Assembly (NCBI RefSeq): GCF_006345805.1
Contig: NW_021834034.1
Span: 1 to 27,100, forward strand
Direction of reading: 5' to 3'
Source of the DNA: Octopus sinensis
Taxonomy: Eukaryota
Length of the DNA: 27,100 nt
The notes beneath the pieces are model-generated. The model had not been told where the DNA came from and did not search any database. It saw nothing but the letters and a program-made list of their open reading frames with translations. This document shows positions 1 through 11,394 of the stretch, in pieces; within the stretch, counting starts at the first letter, position 1, and each line of letters starts with the position of its first letter. The position numbers and the translations under genes were made by a program.

Positions 1-52
1 AGAAAGAGTCGACGGCTTCCTGTAGGATTCGAAACCACATCTGTTGACATGA

Positions 53-108
53 TGGTGTGTGTGTGAGTGTGTGTGTGTGTGTGGTGTGTGTGTGTGTGTG
101 TGTGCGTG
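53..108. repeat. (TG)n microsatellite
   Basis: Direct reading of sequence. Confidence 0.95.
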
Positions 109-110
109 TA

Positions 111-292
111 TTTTATTCTTTTATTTGTTGTTTCCGTCATTTGACTGCGGGCATGCAGGAGCAACGCCTTTAGTTGAACAAATCGACCCCAGGACTTATT
201 CTTTGTAAGCCTAGTACTTATTCTATCGGTCTCTTTTGACAAACCGCTAGGTTACGGTGACGTAAACACACCAGCATCGGTTATCAAGCGAT
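111..292 (-). mobile_element. tRNA-derived SINE family A, 3' half (its 5' half is at 693-844)
   Basis: Colinear with 24333-24510 in this window (gtcatttgactg...gaccccaggacttattctttgtaag...catcggtt..caagcgat). In that second copy the two halves are joined by a CA/TA tract. Confidence 0.85.
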
Positions 293-307
293 AGTGTACA
301 CACACAC

Positions 308-690
308 AGATCGCTACTCACTACACATTCTTTATTTTCTCTCCTTGTTTCTTTTTGTGTTCCTTTCTGAGGAAGAGCGTAGGCTCGAAACGTTAAAGAC
401 TCTTTCACTTCCCGAGCGTTAAACTAATACATGCTTTTTTTGTCTACACCACCTGTCTTCGACTTTTGTTTTTTCGAAGTTTTCTATCTTCGGACAAGAA
501 CCAGATTATCCTCGCAATTTCGGCTGATTATTCTTGAGATTGCTCCAATCTGGCTAGCCCCAAGGAAAAACTAAACTATGAGCATTAGATTCCTTGGAAA
601 AAGCAGCGAATGTATACAAAAACTAGGACGGAAAAATCGGACAATGTTACACAAATATAAATACAATAAAAAGTACAATAAAAAAAATAA
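308..690. mobile_element. Penelope-like element (PLE) terminal fragments inserted into the internal microsatellite of SINE A; probably two pieces in opposite orientation meeting near 478
   Basis: Occupies the position where the 24333-24788 copy has only CA/TA repeats, and contains a minimal hammerhead motif (363-398) of the type associated with PLEs. The family and the orientation of 479-690 are inferred from recall. Confidence 0.55.
363..398 (+). ncRNA. Minimal type I hammerhead ribozyme motif (PLE-associated)
   Basis: Stem I CTTT(363-366)/AAAG(395-398); core CTGAGGA (367-373) plus one extra A; stem II GAGC-gtag-GCTC (375-386); GAAAC (387-391); short palindromic stem III AC/GT; cleavage triplet GTT (392-394). 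Confidence 0.65.
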
Positions 691-692
691 GA

Positions 693-844
693 GGCTTCTT
701 TCAGTTTCCGTCTACGAAATCCACTCACAAGGCTTTGGTCGGCCCGAGGCTATAGGAGATGACACATGCCCAAGGTGCCACGCAATCAGACGGAACCCAG
801 AAGCATGTGGTTGGTAAGCAAGCTACGTACCACACAGCCACCTC
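693..844 (-). mobile_element. tRNA-derived SINE family A, 5' half with tRNA-like head and CORE-like segment
   Basis: Colinear with 24628-24782. The minus strand reads g(a)ggtggctgtgtggtacgtagcttgcttaccaaccacatgcttctgggttccgtc...caccttgggcatgtgtc (A-box and B-box like elements, then a CORE-like motif). Confidence 0.85.
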
Positions 845-852
845 AGCACCTA

Positions 853-1007
853 AACCTAGTGGTTCGACAAAACAGACCGATATCTCCAGTACCAAGCTAT
901 AAAACAATAATAAGTATTTGAGTTGAATCGTTCGACTAAAATACAACATGGTGCCCCAGCATGGCGGGAGTCTTCTGACTGAAAGAAGCATAAAATAAAG
1001 AATAGAA
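853..1007 (+). mobile_element. Diverged SINE family A 3' half, inverted relative to 111-292
   Basis: ggttcgacaaaacagaccgata...ttcgactaaa...ggtgccccagcatggc...tgactgaaa...aagaata matches the reverse complement of 111-260. Confidence 0.65.
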
Positions 1008-1034
1008 CAACACACACAAACACACACACACCAA

Positions 1035-1048
1035 TGCATATATATATA

Positions 1049-1083
<35 letters not shown>

Positions 1084-1162
1084 TAATATATATAATATAT
1101 ATATATATATATATGTAGGTTATATACATACATATTATATATATATATATATTATATATATA

Positions 1163-1196
<34 letters not shown>

Positions 1197-1393
1197 GTAT
1201 TTAATGTATATATATATATATGATATATGTATGTAGATTATATCTATATATATATATATATATGTATATAATATAAATATATATATATATATATATTCTA
1301 TGATCTAATATGTATGAATATATATTATATAATATGTATGTATAATTATATTATATATATATAGCTATAATATCTATATTTATATATCTATAT

Positions 1394-1435
<42 letters not shown>

Positions 1436-1440
1436 ACATA
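1035..1440. repeat. Degenerate (TA)n tract
   Basis: Direct reading. Confidence 0.95.
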
Positions 1441-1607
1441 CAACACTCACTCCACACAGCCAGCCATGGATACACGTGTGTGTGTGTGTGTTCCTATCCT
1501 TCATATTCTGCTGCTCTTAAAATAGAGGCTGAGTGAACGTATCTCACTTCGTTAAGGTATTCCATGTATTTACACTCTTCAGCTCACAACTGGACCTTAT
1601 TAAAAAC

Positions 1608-1890
1608 GGTGGTAGTAGTAGTGGTGTTGGTGGTGGTGTTGGTGGTGGTGTTGGTGGTGATGGTAGTAGTATAGTAGTGGTGGTGATAGTGTTAGTAGTA
1701 GTAGTGGTGGTGGTAGTAGCAGTAGTAGTGTTGGTGGTGGTAGTAGTAGTGGTAGTAGTAGTAGTAATAATAGTAGTGGTAGTAGTAGTAGCAGCAGCAG
1801 TATTTTTGTAATCGTAATCATCATCAGCTGCAATGAAACACTACCGTCAACATCACTACTACTACTACTACTACTACTCTACTACTACTT
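1608..1890. repeat. Compound trinucleotide tract (GGT/AGT/GCA), then the opposite-strand (CTA)n
   Basis: Direct reading. Confidence 0.9.
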
Positions 1891-2154
1891 TAACTCCCCC
1901 CCCAGCTGCTGCTGCTGCTTCAGTTGTACTCGTAGTGTTAGAACCACTACTATTACTGTGGTGGTAGTAAATCTCTTATTTCATCATCATCTTCCCCTCT
2001 CCCTCCTCCTCATTGTTGTAACAATAATAATAACATTAATAAAAATAATAATAAAAATAATAATAATGATGATGATGATGATGATTTCTTTACTAACTAC
2101 GAGGGTTTACATTAAGAAAAACATTATGGACAGCACAGGACAAAACAGAGAATA

Positions 2155-2209
2155 ATAACAAGTTATAATAATAATAATAGTAATAATAATAATAATAATA
2201 ATAATGATG

Positions 2210-2292
<83 letters not shown>

Positions 2293-2323
2293 GATAATAA
2301 TAATAATGAATACTAATGATATA

Positions 2324-2355
<32 letters not shown>

Positions 2356-2363
2356 TTAATAAT

Positions 2364-2405
<42 letters not shown>

Positions 2406-2668
2406 GATAATGATAATAATAAGAATAATAATAATTTAATAATAATAAGAATGATAATAATAGAATAAGATAATAATAATAATAATATAATAATAATAAT
2501 AATGATAATACTAATGATAATGATAATAATAATGAAAATAATAATAAAAATGATAATATAATGATAATAATGATAATAATAATGATAATAATAATAATAA
2601 TAATAATAAATATGAATAATAATAATAATATAATAATAAATAATAATACTAATAATAATGATATAATG

Positions 2669-2703
<35 letters not shown>

Positions 2704-2936
2704 GATAATAATAATAATGATAATAATAAGGATAATAATAATAATGATAATAATAATAATAATGATAATAATAATAATAATAATAATAATATACTAATAA
2801 TATAATAATGATAATGATAATATAATGATAATGATAATGATACTATGAAATAATATAATAATAATAATAATAATGATAATAATAATAATAATAATAATAT
2901 ATAATAATAAAATAATAATAATAATATAATATAATG

Positions 2937-2968
<32 letters not shown>

Positions 2969-3033
2969 GAATAATGATAATAATGATAATAATAATAATG
3001 ATGATAATAATAATGATAATAATAATAATTATG

Positions 3034-3069
<36 letters not shown>

Positions 3070-3157
3070 TAATAATATATAATGATAATAATATAATGAT
3101 ATAATAATGAAATAATAATAATAATATAATAATAATATAATAATAATAACGATAATG

Positions 3158-3191
<34 letters not shown>

Positions 3192-3767
3192 TAATAATAA
3201 TAATAATAATAATAATAACGATAATGATATAATAATGATAATAATAATAATAATAATAATGTAATAATAATAATAATGATAATAATAATGATAATAATAA
3301 TGATAATAATAAATAATAATAATAATAATAATAATGAAATAATAATAATAATAATATATAATAATAATAATAATATAATAATAATATGATAATAATATAA
3401 TATAATAATACGATATGATAATAATAATAATAATAATATAATAATAATGATAAATAATAAGAATAATAATAATAACGATAATGATAATAATAATGATAAT
3501 AATAATAATAATTATAAGAATAATAAAATAATAATAATAATAATAATAAAATAATAATAATAATGATAATAATAATAATAAAATAATAATAATAATATAA
3601 TGATAATAATAATAATAATAATAATAACGATAATGATAATATATAATAATAATAATAATAATAATAATGAATAATAATGATTAATAATAATAATAATATG
3701 ATAATAATAATAAATAATAATAATAATAATACTAATGATAATAATAATAATAATAATAACGATAATG

Positions 3768-3801
<34 letters not shown>

Positions 3802-3995
3802 TAATAATAATAATTAATATGATAATAATAATAATAATATAATGATAATAATATAATAATACTAATAAACGAAAATGATAATAATAATAATGATAATATA
3901 TAATATAATTATTATTATTATTATTATATTATTATTATTATTATTATTATTGTTGTTTTGTTATTGTTGTTGTGTTGTTGTTGTTGTTGTTGTTT
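2155..3995. repeat. About 1.75 kb degenerate (AAT)n/(GAT) microsatellite, switching near 3908 to (ATT)n then (TTG)n
   Basis: Direct reading. Confidence 0.97.
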
Positions 3996-4130
3996 TTCGG
4001 CGACTTCGATTTTGCTTTTCATCCTTTCGGGGTCGAGGAAATTAGTACCAGTTACGCACTGGGGTCGATGCAATCGACCGGCCGCCGCCCCCAGAAATGT
4101 CAGGCCTTGTGCCAATAGTAGAAATGATTA
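3996..4130 (+). mobile_element. SINE family B, 5'-truncated fragment
   Basis: tttcatcctttcggggtcga...agtaccagttacgcactggggtcgatgcaatcgac...aggccttgtgccaatagtagaaa is shared with the other family B copies. Confidence 0.85.
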
Positions 4131-4134
4131 TCGT

Positions 4135-4161
4135 TATTATTGTTGTTGTTGTTATGATTTT

Positions 4162-4193
<32 letters not shown>

Positions 4194-4219
4194 TAGTAGC
4201 AGCAGCAGCAGCAGCAGTT

Positions 4220-4253
<34 letters not shown>

Positions 4254-4574
4254 CAGCAGCAGCAGAAGATAGTTGTGAGATATCTGATGGTGGGGAAAGT
4301 GCAAATAGAGATAGACAAATAGATAGATAGAAAGAGAGAGCAAGAGAGGTAGATGGGATGAGAGAGAGAAAGAGAGAGGTGGAAAGAGGATGACAGAGAG
4401 AAAGAGAAAGAAAGAGAGAGAGAAAGAAAGAGAGAGAGAGTGAGAGAGAGTGAGTTGCCAACGATAACGCCAACTTAGACGATGATGATGGCGGCGTGTG
4501 TGTGAATACATAATATATATGCTCACACACTCACACATACACACTCACACACACATACACATGCATACATATAT

Positions 4575-4612
<38 letters not shown>

Positions 4613-4639
4613 TGTATACATATTTATAAGTATGCATGT

Positions 4640-4671
<32 letters not shown>

Positions 4672-4980
4672 ATATATATGTACACACACACATACACACG
4701 ACACACACACACCCACACCACACACACACACAACACACAACACACACACACACACAAGAAGAAGACTGCGAAAGAATTGCGAAGAAAATTGTGTCAGAAA
4801 CGTAGACGTCGCTTGTAGGTGAGAGGTAGAGAGATAGATACACAGACACACAGACACACACACACACACACACACGCACACACACACACAGAGGCACACA
4901 CACATACACACACACATACATATACATATATGTAGAGAGATAGAATGAAGGAGAGGGGAAGGGAGAGAAAGAGGGAGAGG
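4135..4980. repeat. Compound microsatellites (TTG/CAG/TAG, GA-rich, CA, TA)
   Basis: Direct reading. Confidence 0.9.
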
Positions 4981-5337
4981 GTGTGCTGGATGTTGAAGTT
5001 AATTGATCCGTCTATGCGAAATAGAAGTGGTATGCCATAGACATTACTCTCGCCGGCTTCTGTGATTCAGCTCTCATTTCTGTGAGCTAAAGATGGCGTC
5101 CATTTGGAGCTGGCCCAATAACCAGTACTTTACCACTTAACTCACTCCTGAAGCTTCTTTTCAAAGAGCAACTGGATGAAACATGTTAAGAATCTTTCTA
5201 GGAAGTAATAGGTTTATCATCTCAGCTCAAAAATCAACGATAAGGGCGACCAAACTTTTAATTAATTCTTGGCATCCCAGCATCTCTCTGTCTTCGTATT
5301 ATAGAAACTGTTCACGCTAGAAATTTTTACTCCACTT

Positions 5338-5360
5338 TATTATTATTATTATTATTATTA

Positions 5361-5400
<40 letters not shown>

Positions 5401-5438
5401 GTTTATTTGTTGTTGGTTTTTATTATTATTATTATTAT
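5338..5438. repeat. (TAT)n microsatellite
   Basis: Direct reading. Confidence 0.95.
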
Positions 5439-5439
5439 C

Positions 5440-5647
5440 AAGGCGGTGAGCTAGCAGAATCGTTAGCGCACCGGGCGAAATGCTTTCACCCGTCCCTACA
5501 TTGTGAGTTCAGATTCCGCCAAGGTCGACTTTGCTTTTTTTTTTCATCCTGTCGAGGTAGATAAAATAAGTACCGACTAAGCACTGGGGTCGATGTAATC
5601 GACTTAATCTCCTCTCTCAAGCTGCCCTTGTGGCAAAAATTTGAAAT
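5440..5647 (+). mobile_element. SINE family B, full-length monomer (diverged)
   Basis: Head aaggcggtgagctagcagaatcgttag (A-box like), B-box like gagttcagattcc, then the central ttcatcc..tcga..gataaaataagtacc box. Confidence 0.85.
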
Positions 5648-5669
5648 CATCATCATCATTATTACTATT

Positions 5670-6441
5670 GCCTTTGCACAGCTTCTAACGCTGGAGATGT
5701 ACTACGGTGTCAGCTATTCACTCCCAGTGAACTAAGGTAACACCTCTTATTTTTCGAGCACCTTCCGGAGTAATCGAGCGGTTTCAAGCAGTGCTGTTTT
5801 CTGCAAGTGCTCCACCCTTATTGCAGCCCCTTTTTTATTCCATGTACTTCTCAAGATTTTTACTCACTGTTCCCAGGGCTCCGACAATTATTGGTACTAC
5901 TGCTACCTTTTTCATCGACTACAACTGCTTAACTTCCCAAGTTAACCTGATCATATCTCTCGACTTTTCTTTCTTCCTTATCGCATACCTTGTTGTCAGC
6001 TGGGCAATTTCTATGATCCAGCATAGTTTTTCTTTCTCAATTAAGACTATGTCCGGCTTCCTATTCTCTGTCTCATGGTTGCCTCGAATCATAAAATCCC
6101 ATAGGATCTTTGCATTTCTATTTTCGACAATGCCTTCAGGTTTATGGTCGTACCAATTTTTTTCTCTGTCAAGTCCATACTTCTTGCAAAGTGTCCAATG
6201 GATAAGCCTGGCTATATTGTCGTGGCGTCTCTTATATTCCTTCTGGGCTATTGGCGTACATTTTGCTGGTAATATGCCATACGGATTCATCATCTTATCC
6301 ACAAATTCTGCACTTATCACTTTCTGCTGTGTTGTCAATTCTGTATTTATATGTGGTTTGTTCTTAGTGCTTGCTCTTGGGAAGCACAGATTAGAGCCCC
6401 CATTTCCAGTTTGAAATCACTTTTAGTCATCCACAGCCATC

Positions 6442-6443
<2 letters not shown>
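5670..6443 (-). mobile_element. 5'-truncated R4/Dong-like non-LTR retrotransposon: C-terminal CCHC knuckle, restriction-like endonuclease (RLE) and 3' UTR; pseudogenised
   Basis: Minus-strand translation across frameshifts and stops gives WLWMTKSD...QEQALRTN..KYRIDNTAESDKCRICG*DDESVWHITS.CTPIAQKEYKRRHDNIARLIHW..CKKY...WYDHKPEGIVEN...KILWDF.I....ENRKPDIVLIEKE..CWIIEIA...VVPIIVGALGTVSKNLEKYM...LQKTALL.TAR.LRKVLEK*. Both ends abut AAT-type repeats. Confidence 0.9.
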
Positions 6444-6489
<46 letters not shown>

Positions 6490-6491
<2 letters not shown>

Positions 6492-6893
6492 GGCGGCGAG
6501 CTGGCAGAATCGTTGGCACGCTGGGCTAAATGCTTAGCGGTATTTCGTCTGCCGCTACGTTCTGAGTTCAAATTCAGCCGAGGTAGACTTTGCCTTTCAT
6601 TCTTTCGGGGTAGATTAAATAAGTACTAGTTACGCACTGGGGGTCGATGTAATCGACTTAATCAGTTTGTTTGTCCTTATTTGTCTCCTCTGTGTTTAGC
6701 CACTTGTGGGTAGTAAAGAAATAAGAAACAGGCATTTCGTCTGTCTTTACGTTCTGGGTTCAAATTCCGCCGAGGTGGACTTTATATTTCGTCCTTCCGA
6801 GGTCGATTATAGTACCAGTCAAGTACTGGTGTCGAGGTAAATGACTATTCCCCACCCCACAAATTCCAGGGTCTTGTGCCTATAATAGAATGG
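6490..6893 (+). mobile_element. SINE family B, dimeric (head+core+linker, then a second headless core and 3' tail)
   Basis: Head at 6490; the B-box/core appears twice (about 6560-6660 and 6745-6840); (TAT)n on both sides. Confidence 0.9.
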
Positions 6894-6894
<1 letters not shown>

Positions 6895-6933
<39 letters not shown>

Positions 6934-7003
6934 TATTATTATTATTACTACTAACTACTACTACTATTATTATTATTAATATTATTATTATTATTATTAT
7001 TAT

Positions 7004-7067
<64 letters not shown>

Positions 7068-7140
7068 TTCCACAATCTCCTCCACCACCTCTCCCCTTCC
7101 TCCTCCTCCTCCTCCTCCTCATCCCCCTCCTCATCCCCCT
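6895..7140. repeat. (TAT)n/(CTA)n then (CCT)n tracts
   Basis: Direct reading. Confidence 0.9.
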
Positions 7141-7439
7141 CTTTCATACGTTGTTATTCTTTTCTTGCACGTTTTCTCTTAGACATCAAACTCTTACATA
7201 AGAGAATTTATAACGGAGTCTTCCTCATGTTCTCTTACATCTTAATTCTAGAAATTTACGAGTTTCTGTGAGTTTGTGTTTCTGTGTGTGTGTGTGTGTG
7301 TGTTGGTGTGTGCGTGCGAGCGTATAATTCTCATTTCGTCGCTGGAAGAACGATAAGACGCAACGAAAATCTCTGAAGAATGACGAGGTGCAGACATATA
7401 ATTGAAGTATGCACCTGTATTGAGTACATTTTCTATAGA

Positions 7440-7989
7440 TCACACACACTCTCTCTCTCACACACACATACACACACACGCACACACACACAGACACACA
7501 CACACACACACACACACACACAACTTCTGCTGTGCTAACCCTCTGTAAACATGCTTTCGCTTAAGAGCACGAAGACAGGAATTTTTAATCGTTGCACAAA
7601 ATTACAGCTTATCGCACGTGAAATATTATACACTCACTCCTATGTACACATACATACATATATACATACACACATACATTCTCACACACATGCCTGCAAT
7701 TCGTATATATCTATATCTATATATACACATACATACACACACACACACACACATATATATAATATATATATACATATATACATTCATATGTACATACATA
7801 CATATATACTTATATATACATACATACATATATACATAGTTATATATACATATATACATACATATATGCATACATACATATACATTCCTTATTTCCTAAA
7901 TATTGTCGTATCTATCTATACACACATGCACACACACACATACATGCATATATTCATACACATCCATATATATTTGTGTATATATTGTA

Positions 7990-8088
<99 letters not shown>

Positions 8089-8100
8089 TTATATATTATA
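7440..8100. repeat. (CA)n, (TACA)n and (TA)n compound tract
   Basis: Direct reading. Confidence 0.9.
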
Positions 8101-8193
8101 AAGGGAGAAAGTGAGAGAAGAGGGAGAGAGACAAAGGCCGAAAGAAAGAGAACGGAACTTGATTAAATGGTTGTGTGTGTGTGTATGTGTCTG

Positions 8194-8493
8194 CTAGCAG
8201 TAGTACCCGGTGTTGCCCCTGTTAAAAGACAGTATCAGAAAAACACACGAAGTCCATTGTTTGCTTTAAAAGGGCGTAATCTGGGCGTGAAGATTGCAAA
8301 TGTGTCATGTGCAAGAGAGAGAGAGAGCCTCATATTTCATAAAATGAATAACTTTAAACATTATAAGCTGTGCCAATGTGGATAGTCCTGACTGTCTGAA
8401 ATGGTAAACTTTGTAATTTTCGCTGTGACGGGAAAGGAAGTTATAAATGTGTGCAAGCTTTAATTGGTCCCTGCATTAATAAGGAGCGCGTGA
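8194..8493 (-). mobile_element. Probable non-autonomous Helitron-like element (degenerate)
   Basis: The end ctagcagtagtacccggtgttgccc resembles 23407-23432 (ctagcagtatcgcccggcgttgctc). The minus strand starts A|TC at 8493 and ends in CTAG after a weak GC hairpin. Confidence 0.45.
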
Positions 8494-8499
8494 TCAGCA

Positions 8500-9218
8500 A
8501 TATTTCTCTAATATTGTTTTAGACGAGTCTCTGATAGGTTCCCGTTGATGTAGTCTATGTCTTTGTCCTTCAAGGGGTGCCGCCGAGCATTCTTTGTGAA
8601 GCGTCGTTGCAAACACCTGGCCTGCGACCTGTAACATTAAGACTAACATATACACCCTAAGATATATATATATATATATATTTCTGTCTTTTCTTTCCTG
8701 GATTCCGTCAAGTAGAAACGTCAATCTGTTCTCTCTACCGTCTCAAACAATAGCGTTCGTAAAAGAATTTTATCTCGTTTGGCTTAACAGCCCTTCTTGT
8801 TTGTGCCACTGTTATTCTCTGTCCTGTCTTTTACTGTTTACATTTTGTACTGTCGTTACTGTCCTGTTTTTGTTACCATTTTTACCCCTCCGTAAAAAAA
8901 TCTCAAATTTTATTTAATTTGATTTTCGCGGGAAGGAAAATTTCATTGAAGTCATGTATCACCTTGACCTTCGAAACGTGGAGTAGATGAAATTAAGGCG
9001 ACTGAAGAAGGGTAATTTTCCTTGTTTTGTATGTCCTGTACTCTATTTTTTCGTTGTTTAAAAAAAATGTCCATTTCCTTGGTTTTATGTTTATGTTTTC
9101 GTTTCTCATTGTGTTCGACGTTTTTTGGTGTCCTGTACCCATATATGCATGTATATATACATGTAGAGGTAGGTACGTACATATATGTATATATATATGC
9201 ATATGTTTTATTTATTTA

Positions 9219-9259
<41 letters not shown>

Positions 9260-9345
9260 CTGATGACTGAGGGCTTCGAATGTCCCGTCCTGTGGTTCTT
9301 GTGTCGTCTCTGTGGTGTTTCATGTTCTTGTCCATGTCTGTAATT
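8500..9345 (+). mobile_element. Possible decayed PLE 3' fragments interspersed with TA tracts
   Basis: T-rich terminal-repeat-like sequence with gactgaagaagg and cgaaacgt motifs, and a faint GIY-YIG C-terminal-like translation near 8590-8800. Weak; based on pattern recall. Confidence 0.3.
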
Positions 9346-9604
9346 ATTTTTACTGTTTACCTATATATATATACACGCATATATTCAGGGTTTTTAAAGT
9401 GCTCCTTGCATTAAATATGACATCCCTTGCTATGACTGCTAGAGATACACTAAATGGAGACGGAGATGTGCTTGTTTCTGATGCGGCTAATTATGTTGTA
9501 CAGTTGATTATCATTAACGTCATTATTTACAAGCTAACTCAACCAGCTTTTATCGTAAATGTAGTCGTTCTGTTTTCCGCCCCATTTTCTGGAAGAGTGA
9601 GAAA

Positions 9605-9618
9605 GATGGAGAGAGAGA

Positions 9619-9678
<60 letters not shown>

Positions 9679-9712
9679 CAAAAAGAAAGAGAGAATGAGA
9701 GAGTGTGAGAGA
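9605..9712. repeat. (GA)n microsatellite
   Basis: Direct reading. Confidence 0.95.
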
Positions 9713-9769
9713 GTGAAAGCTAAGCATGCCATACTTTTCAAAAGGTAATCTGGCTTTGATATCAATAGA

Positions 9770-9963
9770 ATCCTTTCTATTATTGGCACAAGGCCTGACA
9801 TTTTGAGGTAGGGTGTAGTCGATCACAGTACTTGACTGGTACTTAATTTATCGACCCGAAAAGGATGAAAGGCAAAGTCAACGTCGGCGAAATTTCAACT
9901 CGGGACGTAGCGGCAGACGAAATACTGCAAAGCATGCTAACGATTTTGCCAGTTCGCCGCCTT
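9770..9963 (-). mobile_element. SINE family B monomer
   Basis: Reverse complement of the family B head and core (ctggtacttaatttatcgaccc..aaaggatgaaaggcaaagtc...gctaacgatt..gccag.tcgccgcctt). Confidence 0.9.
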
Positions 9964-9964
9964 C

Positions 9965-9991
9965 ATAATAATAATAATAATAATAATAATA

Positions 9992-10023
<32 letters not shown>

Positions 10024-10204
10024 GTAATAATAACAATAAAAATAGAAATAATAATGATAATAACAACAATAAAAAATAATAATAACGATGATAATAATAA
10101 TAATAATAATAACAACAACAACAACAAAGAAATAATAATAATGATGACAATAATAATAATAATAATAATAATGATAATAACAACAAAAAAAAATAATAAT
10201 GATG

Positions 10205-10237
<33 letters not shown>

Positions 10238-10243
10238 GTAATG

Positions 10244-10316
<73 letters not shown>
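9965..10316. repeat. (AAT)n/(AAC)n microsatellite
   Basis: Direct reading. Confidence 0.95.
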
Positions 10317-10317
<1 letters not shown>

Positions 10318-10527
10318 CCTTTCTACTATAGGTACGGGGCCAGTAATTTGGGGGAGGAGATAGCCGATTACATCGACCCCAGTACTCAAATGGTACTTAA
10401 TTTATCAACCCCGAAAGGATGAAAGGCAAAGTCGACCTTAGCAGAATTTGAACTCAGAACGTAGCGGCAGACGAAATACCGCTGAGCATTTCGCCCGGCG
10501 TGCTAACGATTCTGCCCGCACGCCGCC

Positions 10528-10529
<2 letters not shown>
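10317..10529 (-). mobile_element. SINE family B monomer
   Basis: Full head, core and tail on the minus strand, with (AAT)n on both sides on the plus strand. Confidence 0.9.
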
Positions 10530-10590
<61 letters not shown>

Positions 10591-10591
<1 letters not shown>

Positions 10592-11100
10592 CGTAAATCT
10601 TCGAGTATAATCCGCATTTTCCCCCCAAAATTTGAAGGTCAAAATCCCTAGTGCGTACTGTATACGAGGTTAAAAATAAAAAAATATTTTCTAAGCAATG
10701 TCCGAGTCGGGCAATGTTTATTCAGACACATTTTGTTATGTCGGGAGCGAAAATACCTTAAGCTAAGCCTGAAAGCAATGAAGTCATAAAAGAATCATCT
10801 ATAACTTGCAGTAAGCAACATTTATTAAAATAAAAGTATTCAGAACACAGAATAACATGTAACAAAAACAATTTGCAAATATATTTACATTCCCATATAA
10901 CAGTTAAGAACATCACAATTATTGTATTACGCATGCGCAGAAGTGTTTATTCGACTAGGTGCTGCTGGTTTAATTACGCACGACTCAAGTTAGAGAAGGA
11001 GTGCGTATTATACAAAAGGTTTAGGCTTTTCAGAGGTACATCCCCCTAAAAGTCCACTGCGTGTTATACTCAAGGGCGGACTATACTCGAGGATTTACGG
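10591..11100. mobile_element. Non-autonomous Tc1/mariner superfamily MITE (Tc2/pogo-type TIR)
   Basis: 25-bp TIRs: ccgtaaatcttcgagtataatccgc (10591-10615) versus the reverse complement of 11076-11100, ccgtaaatcctcgagtatagtccgc (2 mismatches). TA flanks both ends (10589-90, 11101-02). Subterminal tgcgt..tatac motifs recur near 10652, 11003 and 11058. No ORF. Confidence 0.9.
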
Positions 11101-11102
11101 TA

Positions 11103-11394
11103 AGCAAGTATTTTATCTTGCTGGTTGGTAACAACAAGTCTCTTCAAATCTTAAGAATCTTCCTTAGAATTCTTACAGAATATACGATGGTACTTTGCTG
11201 CAGGTTGGTACTGCAAGCTTCAATTCCAATCTCTTTCTGTCTTTTAAGTAGCATTTTTGGGTGGTGTGCCAAGTGCACCAATTATTACAAGAATAATTGC
11301 TGTCTTGGTCTTCCACAGTCTTCCCAGCTCTCAGGCTAGATCCTAATATTTCTCAATTTTTTCAATACCTGCCAACTAAATTAGTATGCACTAA

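Noticed and set aside
1-52. B-box-like gtttcgaatcc on the minus strand; a similar one lies at about 19165-19200
   Set aside because: Too short or degenerate to assign; probably old SINE debris.
1583-1608. Possible 26-nt micro-exon (tttacactcttcag acceptor, then GT)
   Set aside because: The donor GTGGTA is weak and is simply the start of a GGT/AGT tract; no partner exons are visible.
5090-5210. YY1-like AAGATGGCG motif and a faint CR1/L2-like FKEQLD translation
   Set aside because: Both matches are short and expected by chance; there is no supporting extension.
5791-6414. 207-aa plus-strand ORF, the longest in the track
   Set aside because: It is the antisense shadow of the R4/Dong-like RLE coding remnant on the minus strand.
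8945-9025. Hammerhead-like pieces (cgaaacgt; ctgaagaagggtaattttcct)
   Set aside because: The core elements are in the wrong order or lack a closing GAAA, so no consistent fold is possible.
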